A stretch of DNA of 47,646 bases from Candidatus Gottesmanbacteria bacterium GW2011_GWA2_43_14 (GTDB lineage: Bacteria > Patescibacteriota > Microgenomatia > 2-02-FULL-39-11): contig LCFP01000009.1 in assembly GCA_000999095.1 (NCBI GenBank), forward strand, positions 1-47,646. Direction: 5' to 3'. The translations under genes were made by a program, and so were the position numbers. Each line of letters begins with the position of its first letter. The first letter of the stretch is position 1. Of the stretch, positions 8,267 through 18,430 are shown piece by piece. A model generated the notes under the pieces. That model saw nothing but the letters and a program-made list of their open reading frames with translations. It did not search any database and was not told the DNA's origin.

Positions 8267-9334
8267 TTATAACACCGTCAGTTCCTTCGACGCTTTGGAG
8301 AGAATCCGGGGGCCAACGGCAGTCAGATGAATAACATCTTCGATCCTTACTCCGGCAAAGCCTTTGATATAAATTCCGGGTTCTATTGTAAAGACCATAT
8401 TAGCGGCAAGTACGTCTTTAATTTGGGGTTTTAACCTGGGTGCTTCATGAATTGCCAGACCAACCCCGTGGCCGAGTCCGTGCTTATATGCAGTGAAACC
8501 ATTATTCTGAATGAAGTTGCGTGTAAGGGTATCAATTTCTTCGCCTGTTTTTCCGACGGCGAGCGAACTGACGGCCAGTTCATTGGCTTTGGTGACCTTA
8601 TTGAACATTTCAATCTGTTTATCTGCCGGCGTACCGAAAAAAACGACCCGGGTCAGGTCCGCGCAATAGTTGTCATATTTAGCCCCCATGTCAATTAAAA
8701 CCAGGCTGTTGTCGGCAAGCTTAATTTTTTCCGAAGGCAGATAGTGGGGGATGGCGGAATTTTCATTAAAAGCCACTATCGGGGAAAAAGCGATATCCTG
8801 GGAATTTTTCCTGATAAAAATTTCAAGGTCAAGCGCCAATTCTTTTTCGGTAATGCTTTTTTTAATGATTTTTAATGCATATTTGTATGCCCGGTCTGTT
8901 GTTTGGGCTGCTTTTTCAATTGCTACTATTTCCGACAGAGTTTTAACCGCTCTTAAATTTTCGATAATATTTTCCGTTGGGATAAGAGGTACTTTTAGGT
9001 TATTTTTCAGTGATTCAAATTCGGAATAAGTTAAATTGTTTTTCTCAAAAGCCAGCCTCCCAAAGTTGCCGGTAAGATCATTCAGGGCTTGGCTTAACCG
9101 GTACTCGGTCGTAATTTCAATAAGATCAAATCCGGACCTGATATACATGCCGATGGTTGTCGAAAAAGCCAGCAGGTAGGCATTTTTCAAGGTAAGCAGT
9201 AAAAAGGCTTCCCTGTCACCGGTTGACAATCCGCAAATTCCGGTCAGATAGGTGACATTTTCCTGGCCTGAAACAAAAAGTGCCGGGATCTTTTTCTCTT
9301 CCAAAAACCGGCGTATTATTTTTATCTTATCCAT
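8267..9334 (-). CDS. Xaa-Pro aminopeptidase (M24 family)
   Basis: IDMGA..YCADLTR, HGLGHGVGLAIHE, TIEPGIY and GVRIED motifs. Confidence 0.93.
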   Translation of the reverse strand: MDKIKIIRRFLEEKKIPALFVSGQENVTYLTGICGLSTGDREAFLLLTLKNAYLLAFSTTIGMYIRSGFDLIEITTEYRLSQALNDLTGNFGRLAFEKNNLTYSEFESLKNNLKVPLIPTENIIENLRAVKTLSEIVAIEKAAQTTDRAYKYALKIIKKSITEKELALDLEIFIRKNSQDIAFSPIVAFNENSAIPHYLPSEKIKLADNSLVLIDMGAKYDNYCADLTRVVFFGTPADKQIEMFNKVTKANELAVSSLAVGKTGEEIDTLTRNFIQNNGFTAYKHGLGHGVGLAIHEAPRLKPQIKDVLAANMVFTIEPGIYIKGFAGVRIEDVIHLTAVGPRILSKASKELTVL

Positions 9335-9374
9335 CCTGTTATCATTTTAACAAAGCCTCAATTATAATGTCATT

Positions 9375-10190
9375 ATGCGGAAAACTCCCGACAATCTGGA
9401 CGAAATAGAAGCTTTTACCGTTAAAATCATTGCCCGGGCCGGAAAAATTGCCCGGGAATATTTTCTCAGGGATTCCGTTGCCAGACACAGTAAAAAAGGT
9501 TTTGATTTCGTGACGGATGCGGACTTGGCGGTTGAGAAATATCTGAAAGCAGAACTGACCAGGCAGTTTCCCGACGTTGCCATCATGTCCGAAGAATCAG
9601 CCCATAGGAATTTCCAGGCATACAGAAGGGAAAAATTACTCTTTGTGATTGATCCGATTGACGGCACCATCAATTTCGGGCACGGCATTGACCGTTATGC
9701 CGTTTCCATAGGTGTTGTTTCCGAAGGGGAATCATTACTGGGGGTCTGTCTGACGTCCGGCAAAAGTGAAATTTATACCGCCAGATATGATAAACCGGGG
9801 GCATTTTGCAACGGCTTGCCTGTAAAAATCCGTAATGTAGGTAAATTGGGCGAAGCCTTGGTTTTGACCGATTTCCCGCATGAGCTCAAGATACGGGAGA
9901 AAATATTGGACTTTATCAGTAGGGTTTACAGGAAAACCAGATTTCTGAGTATTTACGGGTCTGCCGTATATGACCTGACGATGCTGGCAGGAGGTCACAT
10001 ACATGCAGCATTTATTGCCGGTTATATGCCTTGGGATGTGGCTGCCGCCGGTTTGATTGTAAAGAAAGCCGGAGCGGTCATTACCGCCGGAGACGGGAAG
10101 CCTTTTGATATTTTTACCAGGCATTTTTTGGCGGCCGTGCCGGGGATTCATCCTGAGCTTTTAAAATTGACAAAACCTATCATCAGCTAG
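9375..10190 (+). CDS. Inositol monophosphatase family protein (SuhB/HisN-like)
   Basis: DFVTDAD, SEE, IDPIDGTINF and WDVAAA motifs. Confidence 0.92.
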   Translation: MRKTPDNLDEIEAFTVKIIARAGKIAREYFLRDSVARHSKKGFDFVTDADLAVEKYLKAELTRQFPDVAIMSEESAHRNFQAYRREKLLFVIDPIDGTINFGHGIDRYAVSIGVVSEGESLLGVCLTSGKSEIYTARYDKPGAFCNGLPVKIRNVGKLGEALVLTDFPHELKIREKILDFISRVYRKTRFLSIYGSAVYDLTMLAGGHIHAAFIAGYMPWDVAAAGLIVKKAGAVITAGDGKPFDIFTRHFLAAVPGIHPELLKLTKPIIS

Positions 10191-10953
10191 GTTTTATGGT
10201 AGGAGAGGTTTTAGGCGTACTTTCCGCTTTTTCGGGAGTAGGGGAAAGGTTTATCGGAAAGTGGAGAATCCGCTGGGCAGCAAACCTGTCATCTTCTTTG
10301 GCATTGGCCGTACCCACGATATAGACGCTGTCACCGACGGCAAATTTGGAGAAACCGCTTTTCTGGCTTTTACCCTTGACAAGTAATGAAGTAACGGTAT
10401 ATTTTTCGAAATCGATGACTTTTTCCCCGTCCCGGGCTTTAATCTGCAAAGTAAAGTTGCTTTTGTCAACGTCGGCTACCTTGCCGCTAAGGCGGATTAA
10501 TTTTTCCTGCAAAAAAATAAATTTGGCGGAAAACAATTCCCGTGATTCATTATAATATCCGAAGACGCTGATATAATCGCCGGTTTTCAGTTTAGCATCG
10601 GTCCATTCCTTTTTCAGGTTGTCGGTTATTTGGAAGAAAAGCGTATCCTCGGAATAAGTAAAAGATGATTCACCCTCAGCAGTTGTCAGGACGACGGTGT
10701 TTTCATCTACCGATTTGACCGTTCCCAAAAATGCCCCTTTTTCCTTATCCCTGATCTCGGCAACTTTGGTGGCAATTTTTTCTTTCAAAATTTCTATCTG
10801 TTTGATTTTCTTGATAAGATCTTCATCCTGGGGATCGACCGTTGCGGTCGGGCTTTTCGGTGTCAGAGAGGCGGTAGCGCTTTTGCTCTGGCCGTAAGCA
10901 GCATTTGGTAATGAAATAATCATAAACAGGATAATTAGAATAAAGACTTTCAT
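10183..10953 (-). CDS. Hypothetical exported protein with two beta-rich (OB/DUF5666-like) repeats
   Basis: Signal peptide, coiled segment, twice-repeated G.V..VD...L....GD.V.V.G pattern, Pro/Thr-rich tail. Confidence 0.7.
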   Translation of the reverse strand: MKVFILIILFMIISLPNAAYGQSKSATASLTPKSPTATVDPQDEDLIKKIKQIEILKEKIATKVAEIRDKEKGAFLGTVKSVDENTVVLTTAEGESSFTYSEDTLFFQITDNLKKEWTDAKLKTGDYISVFGYYNESRELFSAKFIFLQEKLIRLSGKVADVDKSNFTLQIKARDGEKVIDFEKYTVTSLLVKGKSQKSGFSKFAVGDSVYIVGTANAKEDDRFAAQRILHFPINLSPTPEKAESTPKTSPTIKPS

Positions 10954-11378
10954 ATTTTTTCAGTTGTATAAAAAACATTAATCACTTTGGTTTCATCATT
11001 TTGGTTTGCGTCAATTCGGGTTATATGGATACTGTTGCCGCCTTCCACCAGGTCAATCGTGGCTTTAAAACTTCCGTCAGCTTCCGGCTGCAAAATAATT
11101 GAATTTTTATAGGATTCGAAAGTAACTGCCTGGGCATTGTTTGTCTTGCCCTCGATTTCGATTTTATTGTCAGTTACGATGGCGTTATTTTTAGGCTTGC
11201 TGATGACGATGGAGGAATTGTCAGCCACGTTTTCTGCCGGAGAAATGGCTGCATTTTTGGCTGAGTCCGAAGCGGATTTCGTAGTTTTGACAATGGTTGG
11301 CAGGCGGACGATGACCAGAGCTGCAACAGCTCCCATCAGAAAACCCAAAACCAAGGCTGAGAGAACGTCCTTTTTCAT
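10950..11378 (-). CDS. Membrane-anchored hypothetical protein with Ig-like domain
   Basis: N-terminal TM helix; I..P.N..IV..IEGKT..DGSF...L.EGGN.I.I pattern; overlaps the next start (ATGA). Confidence 0.7.
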   Translation of the reverse strand: MKKDVLSALVLGFLMGAVAALVIVRLPTIVKTTKSASDSAKNAAISPAENVADNSSIVISKPKNNAIVTDNKIEIEGKTNNAQAVTFESYKNSIILQPEADGSFKATIDLVEGGNSIHITRIDANQNDETKVINVFYTTEKI

Positions 11379-11470
11379 AAAGAAGGGTTAAAACATTAAC
11401 ATCTTAAGTGGTCGATTTCCCCTTGTCAAGCAAACTGGAATTGTGATAAAAGTACTTTACCAAAAATATC

Positions 11471-12082
11471 ATGGAAATTGCCAGTTTAGGTTTTTCCTCA
11501 TTTAAAATCAAGGGTAAATCCGCAGTTGTCGTCACCGATCCGTTTGATCCTGAAAAAACAGGTTTAAAGTTTCCCAGGACGGAGGCTGATATTGTGACTG
11601 TCTCCTCGGAAGACCATAAACTTCCTTCAATGGTATCAGGATTTCCGATGGTGATTGACGGTCCTGGTGAATATGAAGTCAAAGGTGTCGAGATGATCGT
11701 CATCAGGGTAGATGCGAAGAATCTTATTTTCCACTTTAAAATTGACAACCTGATCCTGGTTCATTTGGGAAAACTGGCACAGAAGCTGGGGGACAGGGAA
11801 AAAGAATTACTCAATGGTGCCGATATCCTCATGATCCCTGTCGGCGGCGGTGATTTTCTATCGGCAGAATCGGCATCCCAGGTAATTTCCCAGATCGAAC
11901 CGTCCGTTATTATCCCCATGAGCTATAAAACCGGTAACCTGAACCAGGCTATGGCTGAGAAACTCAGCGGAGTTGAACTGTTTTTAAAACAGATGGGTAA
12001 GGCAGAAATTGAACCGCAACCCAAATTCAATATTACCAGGGACAAACTTCCTGCAGAACAGACAATTGTCGTCTTAGAATAA
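11471..12082 (+). CDS. MBL-fold protein (Lactamase_B_3-like) with degenerate metal ligands
   Basis: VVTDPF, ADIVTVS, GPGEYEVKGV, DILMIPVGG and IEPSVIIPM family motifs. Confidence 0.85.
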   Translation: MEIASLGFSSFKIKGKSAVVVTDPFDPEKTGLKFPRTEADIVTVSSEDHKLPSMVSGFPMVIDGPGEYEVKGVEMIVIRVDAKNLIFHFKIDNLILVHLGKLAQKLGDREKELLNGADILMIPVGGGDFLSAESASQVISQIEPSVIIPMSYKTGNLNQAMAEKLSGVELFLKQMGKAEIEPQPKFNITRDKLPAEQTIVVLE

Positions 12083-12087
12083 TATTT

Positions 12088-13437
12088 ATGGAGCCCCGAA
12101 TTCCGCCGCATGATGAACAGGCCGAAGCTTCCGTTTTGGGAGCTATTCTGATTGATAAGGATGCCATCTCGGAAGTCATCGAATTCCTCAGACCGCAATT
12201 TTTCTATAAGGAGGCTCATGCTGCCATTTTTGAAGCCATGCTCAATCTCTATGAAAAACATGAACCTGTTGATGTCGTGACGGTGACATCAATGCTCAAA
12301 AAAAACAGCTCATACAAGAATTCAGGCGGCACTGCCTATCTGACGGAATTGACCAACTCTGTACCAACTGCCGCCAATATTGAATATTACGGTCAGATCG
12401 TGTCCGATAATTATGTTAAAAGGCAACTGATTGACTCTGCCTCCAGGATTACCCAAACGGCATTTGCCGGCAATGAGGATGCGAAACAAATCCTGGATAC
12501 GGCGGAAGCGGAAATTATGGGCATTGCCCAGCACCGTTCACGCCGGGATTTCATCAATATCAAGGATGCCTTGGCGGAAAGTTTTGACAGACTGGACGAA
12601 TTGCACAAGCGCGGTTCGAATTTGCGGGGTGTTGCGACAGGATTTTATGACTTGGATAACAAGCTGGCCGGTTTGCAGGACTCCAACCTGATTATTCTGG
12701 CTGCCAGACCCGGTCAGGGCAAGACAGCCCTGGCCATCAATATTGCCCAGCATATAGCGGTTCAGCAGAAATTAGGCGTGGGCATTTTTTCGCTTGAGAT
12801 GAGCAAGGAGGAACTGGTGGACAGGCTACTGGTATCCCAGGCGGATGTTGATGCCTGGCGTTTGAAAACAGGCAAATTAACTGATGCCGATTTCACCAAA
12901 CTGTCGGAAGCCATGGGTGAACTGGCCGAAGCGCCCCTGTTTATTGACGATACTCCGGGTCTCAATATTTTTGAAATCCGCACCAAAGCCAGGAGGCTGC
13001 AGCTGATGCATAATGTAAAGCTGATCATTGTTGATTATCTGCAGTTGGTTGATACAGGCAGGCGTTTCGAAAACAGGGTTCAGGAAGTATCGCTGATATC
13101 ACAGTCCTTGAAAAACCTGGCCCGTGAACTGCAGTTGCCTGTACTGGCGGTTTCGCAACTTTCGAGAGCGGTAGAGCACAGGGGAGAGAAGAGACCGCAA
13201 TTGGCCGATCTGAGGGATTCAGGTGGCATTGAGCAGGATGCCGATGTCGTCATGTTTATATACAAGGAAGATCAGGATGTAAAAAATTGGGAACAGCAGA
13301 TTGTCAAACTTCTGATAGCCAAACACCGCAACGGTCCCGGAGGCGAGATAGAGCTTATTTTCAAAGGAGACCGTATCAGATTTTATTCCGTCGAGAAGAT
13401 GAAGGAAGCGGAATCTCCGGCCATCGCCGCTTTTTAA
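12088..13437 (+). CDS. dnaB: Replicative DNA helicase
   Basis: PPHDEQAEASVLG, AARPGQGKT, FSLEMS, VDYLQL, SQLSRAVE and DLRDSGGIEQDAD motifs; no intein evident. Confidence 0.98.
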   Translation: MEPRIPPHDEQAEASVLGAILIDKDAISEVIEFLRPQFFYKEAHAAIFEAMLNLYEKHEPVDVVTVTSMLKKNSSYKNSGGTAYLTELTNSVPTAANIEYYGQIVSDNYVKRQLIDSASRITQTAFAGNEDAKQILDTAEAEIMGIAQHRSRRDFINIKDALAESFDRLDELHKRGSNLRGVATGFYDLDNKLAGLQDSNLIILAARPGQGKTALAINIAQHIAVQQKLGVGIFSLEMSKEELVDRLLVSQADVDAWRLKTGKLTDADFTKLSEAMGELAEAPLFIDDTPGLNIFEIRTKARRLQLMHNVKLIIVDYLQLVDTGRRFENRVQEVSLISQSLKNLARELQLPVLAVSQLSRAVEHRGEKRPQLADLRDSGGIEQDADVVMFIYKEDQDVKNWEQQIVKLLIAKHRNGPGGEIELIFKGDRIRFYSVEKMKEAESPAIAAF

Positions 13438-13450
13438 GAAGCGGGCAATT

Positions 13451-14731
13451 TTATTTTCTTCTGACCAGCAATTTGTCCACCCGGTTGCCGTCCATATCCA
13501 TAACTTCCAGATTGAAGTGGGGGATATCCAACCGGTCGCCTTCTTTGCCTATTTTGCCCAGCAGGTGGGTGATAAGGCCTCCGACAGAGCGGTAACTGCC
13601 CGTCTGCTCTTCAGGCAGTTTCCGGATACGGAAATATTCCTTGAATTCTTCGATTGAGAGAAGTCCGTCCACCAGAAAGCTGCCGTCTTCCCTTTTTATG
13701 ATGTCCTTTTCCTCCTGTTCATCGACAGTCGGAATATCGCCGACAATCGCTTCCAGAAGGTCAGTTATGGTTACCAGTCCGGCTGTGTAACCGTATTCAT
13801 CAACAGCAACAGCAGCATGGATGCCTGATTTTTTAAAATTCTCCAGCACTTTCAGGGCGTTCATGCTTTCCGGGACAAAAACCGGCTTGCGCATCAGTTT
13901 TTTCAGGTCCAGATTTTCCTCCTTAAGATAATGGACTAACAGTTCCTTTGTCCTGACCAGTCCGATGATTTTATCGAGACTTTTTTGACAGACCGGATAA
14001 TAGGAATAAGATTTCGATGTGATGATTTGACTGGTTTTCTTTTCCGTAGCATCGACTTCCAGCCAGCTGATGTCATTTCTGGGTGTCATCAAAGTAGAGA
14101 CCTTTTTGTCAGCCAGACGGAAAGTTCTTTCAACGATATCTTTTTCCGCCAGATTAAAGATACCCAGGCGGGCGCCTTCTCTGATGAGTAATTTTATTTC
14201 CTCTTCACTGACCGGCTGGTCCTGGGCTTTGGGAATTTGAAATAAGTCCAGGATTTTTTCCGTGGATACACTCATAATTTTCACCAACGGAAAATTTATT
14301 TTGGATAAATAGAGCATCGGTAAAGACATTAAAGAGGCGATAGTTTCCGGAAAAATCAGAGCAATTCGTTTAGGAACCAGTTCACCGAAGATGACCGATA
14401 AATAAGTGATTGACAAAACGACAATTAGAATAGAGATTATTCCGCTGAAGTGACCGATAAACGGAAGGGGTGATAGAAATCCGTTAAGAATTTCGGCCAG
14501 CCGCTGCCCGCCGTATGCACCGGCAAAAATTCCGGTAAAAGTGATGCCGATTTGGACTGTAGAAAGAAAAGTATTCGGATTTTTGGACAATTCCAGAGCT
14601 TTGCCGGCTTTAATGTCACCCTGCCTAGCAAGCTGTTCCAGCTTGGACTTTCTGGAGGAAATCAGGGCAATTTCCGCCATGGCGAAAAGGCCGTTTAAAA
14701 AGATAAGCAGGAGAATTATTAGGATATCCAC
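13451..14731 (-). CDS. HlyC/CorC family CBS-domain membrane protein (DUF21-CBS-CorC)
   Basis: NGLFAMAEIAL, GELVPKRIA, MTPR, VDEYG..GLVT..DLLEAIVGDI and DGNRVDK motifs. Confidence 0.93.
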   Translation of the reverse strand: MDILIILLLIFLNGLFAMAEIALISSRKSKLEQLARQGDIKAGKALELSKNPNTFLSTVQIGITFTGIFAGAYGGQRLAEILNGFLSPLPFIGHFSGIISILIVVLSITYLSVIFGELVPKRIALIFPETIASLMSLPMLYLSKINFPLVKIMSVSTEKILDLFQIPKAQDQPVSEEEIKLLIREGARLGIFNLAEKDIVERTFRLADKKVSTLMTPRNDISWLEVDATEKKTSQIITSKSYSYYPVCQKSLDKIIGLVRTKELLVHYLKEENLDLKKLMRKPVFVPESMNALKVLENFKKSGIHAAVAVDEYGYTAGLVTITDLLEAIVGDIPTVDEQEEKDIIKREDGSFLVDGLLSIEEFKEYFRIRKLPEEQTGSYRSVGGLITHLLGKIGKEGDRLDIPHFNLEVMDMDGNRVDKLLVRRK

Positions 14732-14751
14732 AATTAAAAAACTTTTTTAAG

Positions 14752-14837
14752 TGCCGCGGGTCGGAGTCGAACCGACATGAGCTTTTACGCCCACAGGTTT
14801 TTGAGACCTGCGCGTCTACCAGTTCCGCCACCGCGGC
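14752..14837 (-). tRNA. tRNA-Leu (CAA), CCA not encoded
   Basis: Reverse complement GCCGCGGTGGCGGAACTGGTAGACGCG-CAGGT-ctCAAaa-ACCTG, long variable arm, GTCGG-TTCGACT-CCGAC, CCGCGGC-A. Confidence 0.96.
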
Positions 14838-14851
14838 AATTGACTGCCCTG

Positions 14852-14880
14852 ATTATATTTTGTTAAACTTTGTATATCAA
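14852..14880 (-). promoter_or_regulatory. Sigma70 promoter for tRNA-Leu (probably also hlyC/corC)
   Basis: TTGATA-17 nt-TATAAT on the minus strand, 14 nt before the tRNA. Confidence 0.7.
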
Positions 14881-14913
14881 CTTGGGTTGTCTTACAAGGC
14901 TTTTTAAATACCG

Positions 14914-16413
14914 ATGAAGTTTTACCTCCGTCCTACCAAAGCATATAAACAGGAAGTCGATACTTTGAATCTGTTTGCCTTCGAAAATGAAGAACAAATC
15001 GTCTTCAGGGATTTTCCTGCCGAAATTATAACTGATTTTAAAGAAGCTATAAAGAAAGAGAATTTTAACGGTAAAAAAGGTGACAATCTGGTCATCTCCG
15101 GCAGGGGTCCGGTTTCGTTTTACAAGCTTATTTTAACGGGTTTGGGTAAAAAGCAGGAATTTGATCTGGTAACACTTTATGACCAGATTGCGAAATCAAT
15201 TAGGCTCTCCCTTTCAAATAAAGCCGTAAAAGTTGCTTTGTCGGTACCGGCTTTCTTTTTGGATAAGTACGGTTCGGCCGTAGCTGTTCAGGCAACGGTT
15301 GAAGCAGTAAAACTGGCAGGCTACAAATTTTTAAAATATAAAGGGGATGAGGAAAAAGCAAAACACAGGGATGTGGAAGAAGTGATTCTGCTTTTGCCGG
15401 CTGCAAAAATTGCCGCAGCTGAAGAGGGGATAGAGGCGGGTTTGCTTTTTGCAGATGCAGCTCTTTACACCCGGGACCTGGTTAATGAGCCTGCCCAGGT
15501 GACAACACCCGAGTTTTTGGCCGAGGAAGCCCGTAAAATCGCTAAAAATTCCCAGGGAGCAGTTAAAACAACTGTTTTGGAGGAAGAGGAAATAAAAAAC
15601 CGGAAAATGGAAGCGTTCATGGGAGTCGCCAGGGGTAGCCATCAACCCCCTCGGTTTATTCTCATGCATTATAAACCTCTCCGTCCGCGTAAAAAAATTG
15701 CCTTACTGGGCAAAGGCATCACTTTTGATACCGGCGGTTTATCGCTAAAAGGCCCGGAGCACATGGAAACAATGAAATTGGATATGGCGGGAGCTGCGGC
15801 AGTCCTGGGTGTCTTTTCGGTAATCGCAAAAATCAAACCTCAGGCGGAAATTGTGGGAATCATCGCTGCCTGTGAAAATATGCCAGGCGGCCGGGCTTTA
15901 AAACCCGGTGATATTCTCAAAGCATATAACGGCAAAACAATAGAAGTCCTGAACACCGATGCAGAAGGCCGATTGACGCTGGCGGATGCCATGTCTTATG
16001 CTGCGCTCCGGGAAAAACCGGATGAAATGATTGATTTGGCAACGCTGACAGGTGCCTGTGTGGTAGCCTTGGGAGAAGATATCGCGGGACTGTTCGGCAA
16101 CAATGACAGGCTTTTGCTTAATTTGGAAAAATCAGCCGCGGCAACGGCTGACCGCGTCTGGCGGCTGCCCCTGGAAAAAAGTTATCAGCATTTGATTAAA
16201 AGCCATATTGCGGATGTAAAAAATATTTCCGGCGGCCGTTACGGGGGAGCCATTACGGCAGCCTTATTCCTCAATGAATTTACAGGAGAAATTCCCTGGG
16301 TGCATCTGGACATTGCCGGCCCTGCCTTCGCTGAAAAAGACACGCCTCTTGCTCCTGCCGGAGGTACCGGCTATGGTGTCAGACTGCTTCTAAATTATTT
16401 GAAGTCGGTTTGA
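14914..16413 (+). CDS. pepA: Leucyl aminopeptidase (M17)
   Basis: GKGITFDTGG, MKLDMAGAA, NTDAEGRL, ATLTGA and WVHLDIAG motifs. Confidence 0.96.
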   Translation: MKFYLRPTKAYKQEVDTLNLFAFENEEQIVFRDFPAEIITDFKEAIKKENFNGKKGDNLVISGRGPVSFYKLILTGLGKKQEFDLVTLYDQIAKSIRLSLSNKAVKVALSVPAFFLDKYGSAVAVQATVEAVKLAGYKFLKYKGDEEKAKHRDVEEVILLLPAAKIAAAEEGIEAGLLFADAALYTRDLVNEPAQVTTPEFLAEEARKIAKNSQGAVKTTVLEEEEIKNRKMEAFMGVARGSHQPPRFILMHYKPLRPRKKIALLGKGITFDTGGLSLKGPEHMETMKLDMAGAAAVLGVFSVIAKIKPQAEIVGIIAACENMPGGRALKPGDILKAYNGKTIEVLNTDAEGRLTLADAMSYAALREKPDEMIDLATLTGACVVALGEDIAGLFGNNDRLLLNLEKSAAATADRVWRLPLEKSYQHLIKSHIADVKNISGGRYGGAITAALFLNEFTGEIPWVHLDIAGPAFAEKDTPLAPAGGTGYGVRLLLNYLKSV

Positions 16414-16427
16414 ACTTCCATTAATCC

Positions 16428-17663
16428 ATGTTGTCGTCATATAGAGCGGTTATCCGTAATTACCCGTTCCGTACTCTTTGGTTGGGGCAGATTATTTCCC
16501 AGATAGCCCTTAACATGCTCTCGTTTGTCCTGGCCATCCAGGTTTATCAGAGAACATACTCCAACACAGCCGTTTCCCTGATGATGTTAACGTTCGGCAT
16601 CCCCGCAATTGTTTTCGGTATCCTGGCCGGAGGGATTGTCGACAGGTTTGATAAGAGAAAAATTCTTATGTTCTGCAATTTCAGCCGTTTTTTAATCCTT
16701 TTGGCATATTTTATTTTTTATGACAACCTGCTCATGTTGTACGTTTTATCGGTGGCTATTTCCATCGTTACCCAGTTGTTTATACCGGCCGAAGGGCCTT
16801 CCATTCCACAGCTATTATCGAGGGAATATTTGCTGCCAGCCAATTCACTTTTTACTGTCTCTTTCTATCTGACCACTATTCTGGGATCGATTGCTGCCGG
16901 TCCTTCATTAGGGCTTTTGGGCAGCCAGCCAATTTACCTGATACTGTCAGCTTTTATGTTGCTGGCTTACCTTTTCACCAGCCGTCTGCCCCAACTTGCG
17001 GCGGAAAAACAATTGTCTGCCCCATTTAACCTGATTAGTTTGGCCAGGCCAATTTTGGAAGGCCTGATTTTCATATACCGGCATAAAAGGATAAAACAAA
17101 GTCTTTATTTATTAACTTTTTCCCAGGCGTTAATTGCCACTCTGGCAGTTTTGGCGCCGGGATTTGCCCATAAAATACTTATGACCGATATCACCGCTTC
17201 TTCGCTTCTGGTTTTAGGTCCGTCGGCACTAGGCTTGGTTAGCGGTGCCATGTTAGTAGGGGTTTGCGGCCGCCGCTTTTTAAGGGGATCTTTGATTCTG
17301 ACCGGTATCGTCGCGACCGGTGTCAGTCTTATCCTGCTGTCACTTTTCAGTTCCGGGGCAAACGGTGTCGTGTTATACTTTATTCTGTTTCTTTTATTTA
17401 TAATCGGCATATCCAATTCGCTGATCAATGTGCCGAGTTCGACTATATTACAGGAGGAGACGGAGACCAGGGTCCGCGGACGCATTTACGGAGTTTTGAC
17501 TTCCCTGACGGGAGGATTTTCGATTCTCCCGGTTTTGTTTTCCGGTTTGCTGGCTGACATTGTCGGTATTGCAAATACATTGATCACCATAGGGATATTT
17601 GTTCTCGGGATCGGCATTTTTTATGTTATTCAAAGGCACAAAATTATTGCTTTAAACGGATGA
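16428..17663 (+). CDS. MFS transporter
   Basis: About 12 hydrophobic segments; motif A GGIVDRFDKRK; RGRIYG. Confidence 0.9.
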   Translation: MLSSYRAVIRNYPFRTLWLGQIISQIALNMLSFVLAIQVYQRTYSNTAVSLMMLTFGIPAIVFGILAGGIVDRFDKRKILMFCNFSRFLILLAYFIFYDNLLMLYVLSVAISIVTQLFIPAEGPSIPQLLSREYLLPANSLFTVSFYLTTILGSIAAGPSLGLLGSQPIYLILSAFMLLAYLFTSRLPQLAAEKQLSAPFNLISLARPILEGLIFIYRHKRIKQSLYLLTFSQALIATLAVLAPGFAHKILMTDITASSLLVLGPSALGLVSGAMLVGVCGRRFLRGSLILTGIVATGVSLILLSLFSSGANGVVLYFILFLLFIIGISNSLINVPSSTILQEETETRVRGRIYGVLTSLTGGFSILPVLFSGLLADIVGIANTLITIGIFVLGIGIFYVIQRHKIIALNG

Positions 17664-18430
17664 TGCCTGTCATCTTTACTATCGGCAGTTATAATGTCTA
17701 TTCCTTCGGCTTTTTCCTGGCCTTGTCTTTTTTGCTGTCAACGTTTGTGATCTGGCGGTATGCCAGGGAAGAGTTTAAGGAGGAAGAGTATCTGGATGCC
17801 TATTTTTACGGCTTTATGACTGCCTTGGTTACAGCCAGGGTTGTCTATATTATCCGTAATTTCGCTGATTTCGGCTTTAACTTCCTGCAGTATATATTGG
17901 TAACCGAAACTCCCGGTTTGTCGATGATGGGAGGCGTAATCGGCAGCTTTCTATTTCTTCTCTATTACAGCAGCAAGAAAAAGTTGAAATTTTGGCATAT
18001 ACTGGACCTTTTTTCCCTAAGCGGCTCTCTGGCTTTGATGTTTATCAAAATCGGTCAGCAGTTGGGTGGGGCTGCATTCGGACGGGAAACAGAATTCTTT
18101 TTAAAGGTCAGAATCATCGGATTGCCGAAATTTCACCATCCCGCGGAATTTTATGAAGCGTTTTTTTTCCTGTTGATTTTTCTATTGCTGATTTATCTTT
18201 ATAAAAAAGCCGGCCAGAAAAAGTGGCCGGAAGGATTGGTTTTTTCCGTTTTCAGCCTGCTTTTAGGGATGCAGGTTTTCGCACTTGAATTTTTAAAAGT
18301 TTACCGCGTATACTTATATGGCTTGTCATTCAGGCAGCTTTTAGCTTTAGGTATTATTGCCTTAAGCATTGCCAATATTATTAGGATTCTGAATCTGTTT
18401 AAAAAAATATACCATAAAAAACTGACATGA
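17660..18430 (+). CDS. Lgt-like membrane protein with altered signature residues
   Basis: P.IFTIG..VYSFG, ARVVY, GLSMMGG and HPAEFYE follow the Lgt pattern. Confidence 0.75.
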   Translation: MMPVIFTIGSYNVYSFGFFLALSFLLSTFVIWRYAREEFKEEEYLDAYFYGFMTALVTARVVYIIRNFADFGFNFLQYILVTETPGLSMMGGVIGSFLFLLYYSSKKKLKFWHILDLFSLSGSLALMFIKIGQQLGGAAFGRETEFFLKVRIIGLPKFHHPAEFYEAFFFLLIFLLLIYLYKKAGQKKWPEGLVFSVFSLLLGMQVFALEFLKVYRVYLYGLSFRQLLALGIIALSIANIIRILNLFKKIYHKKLT

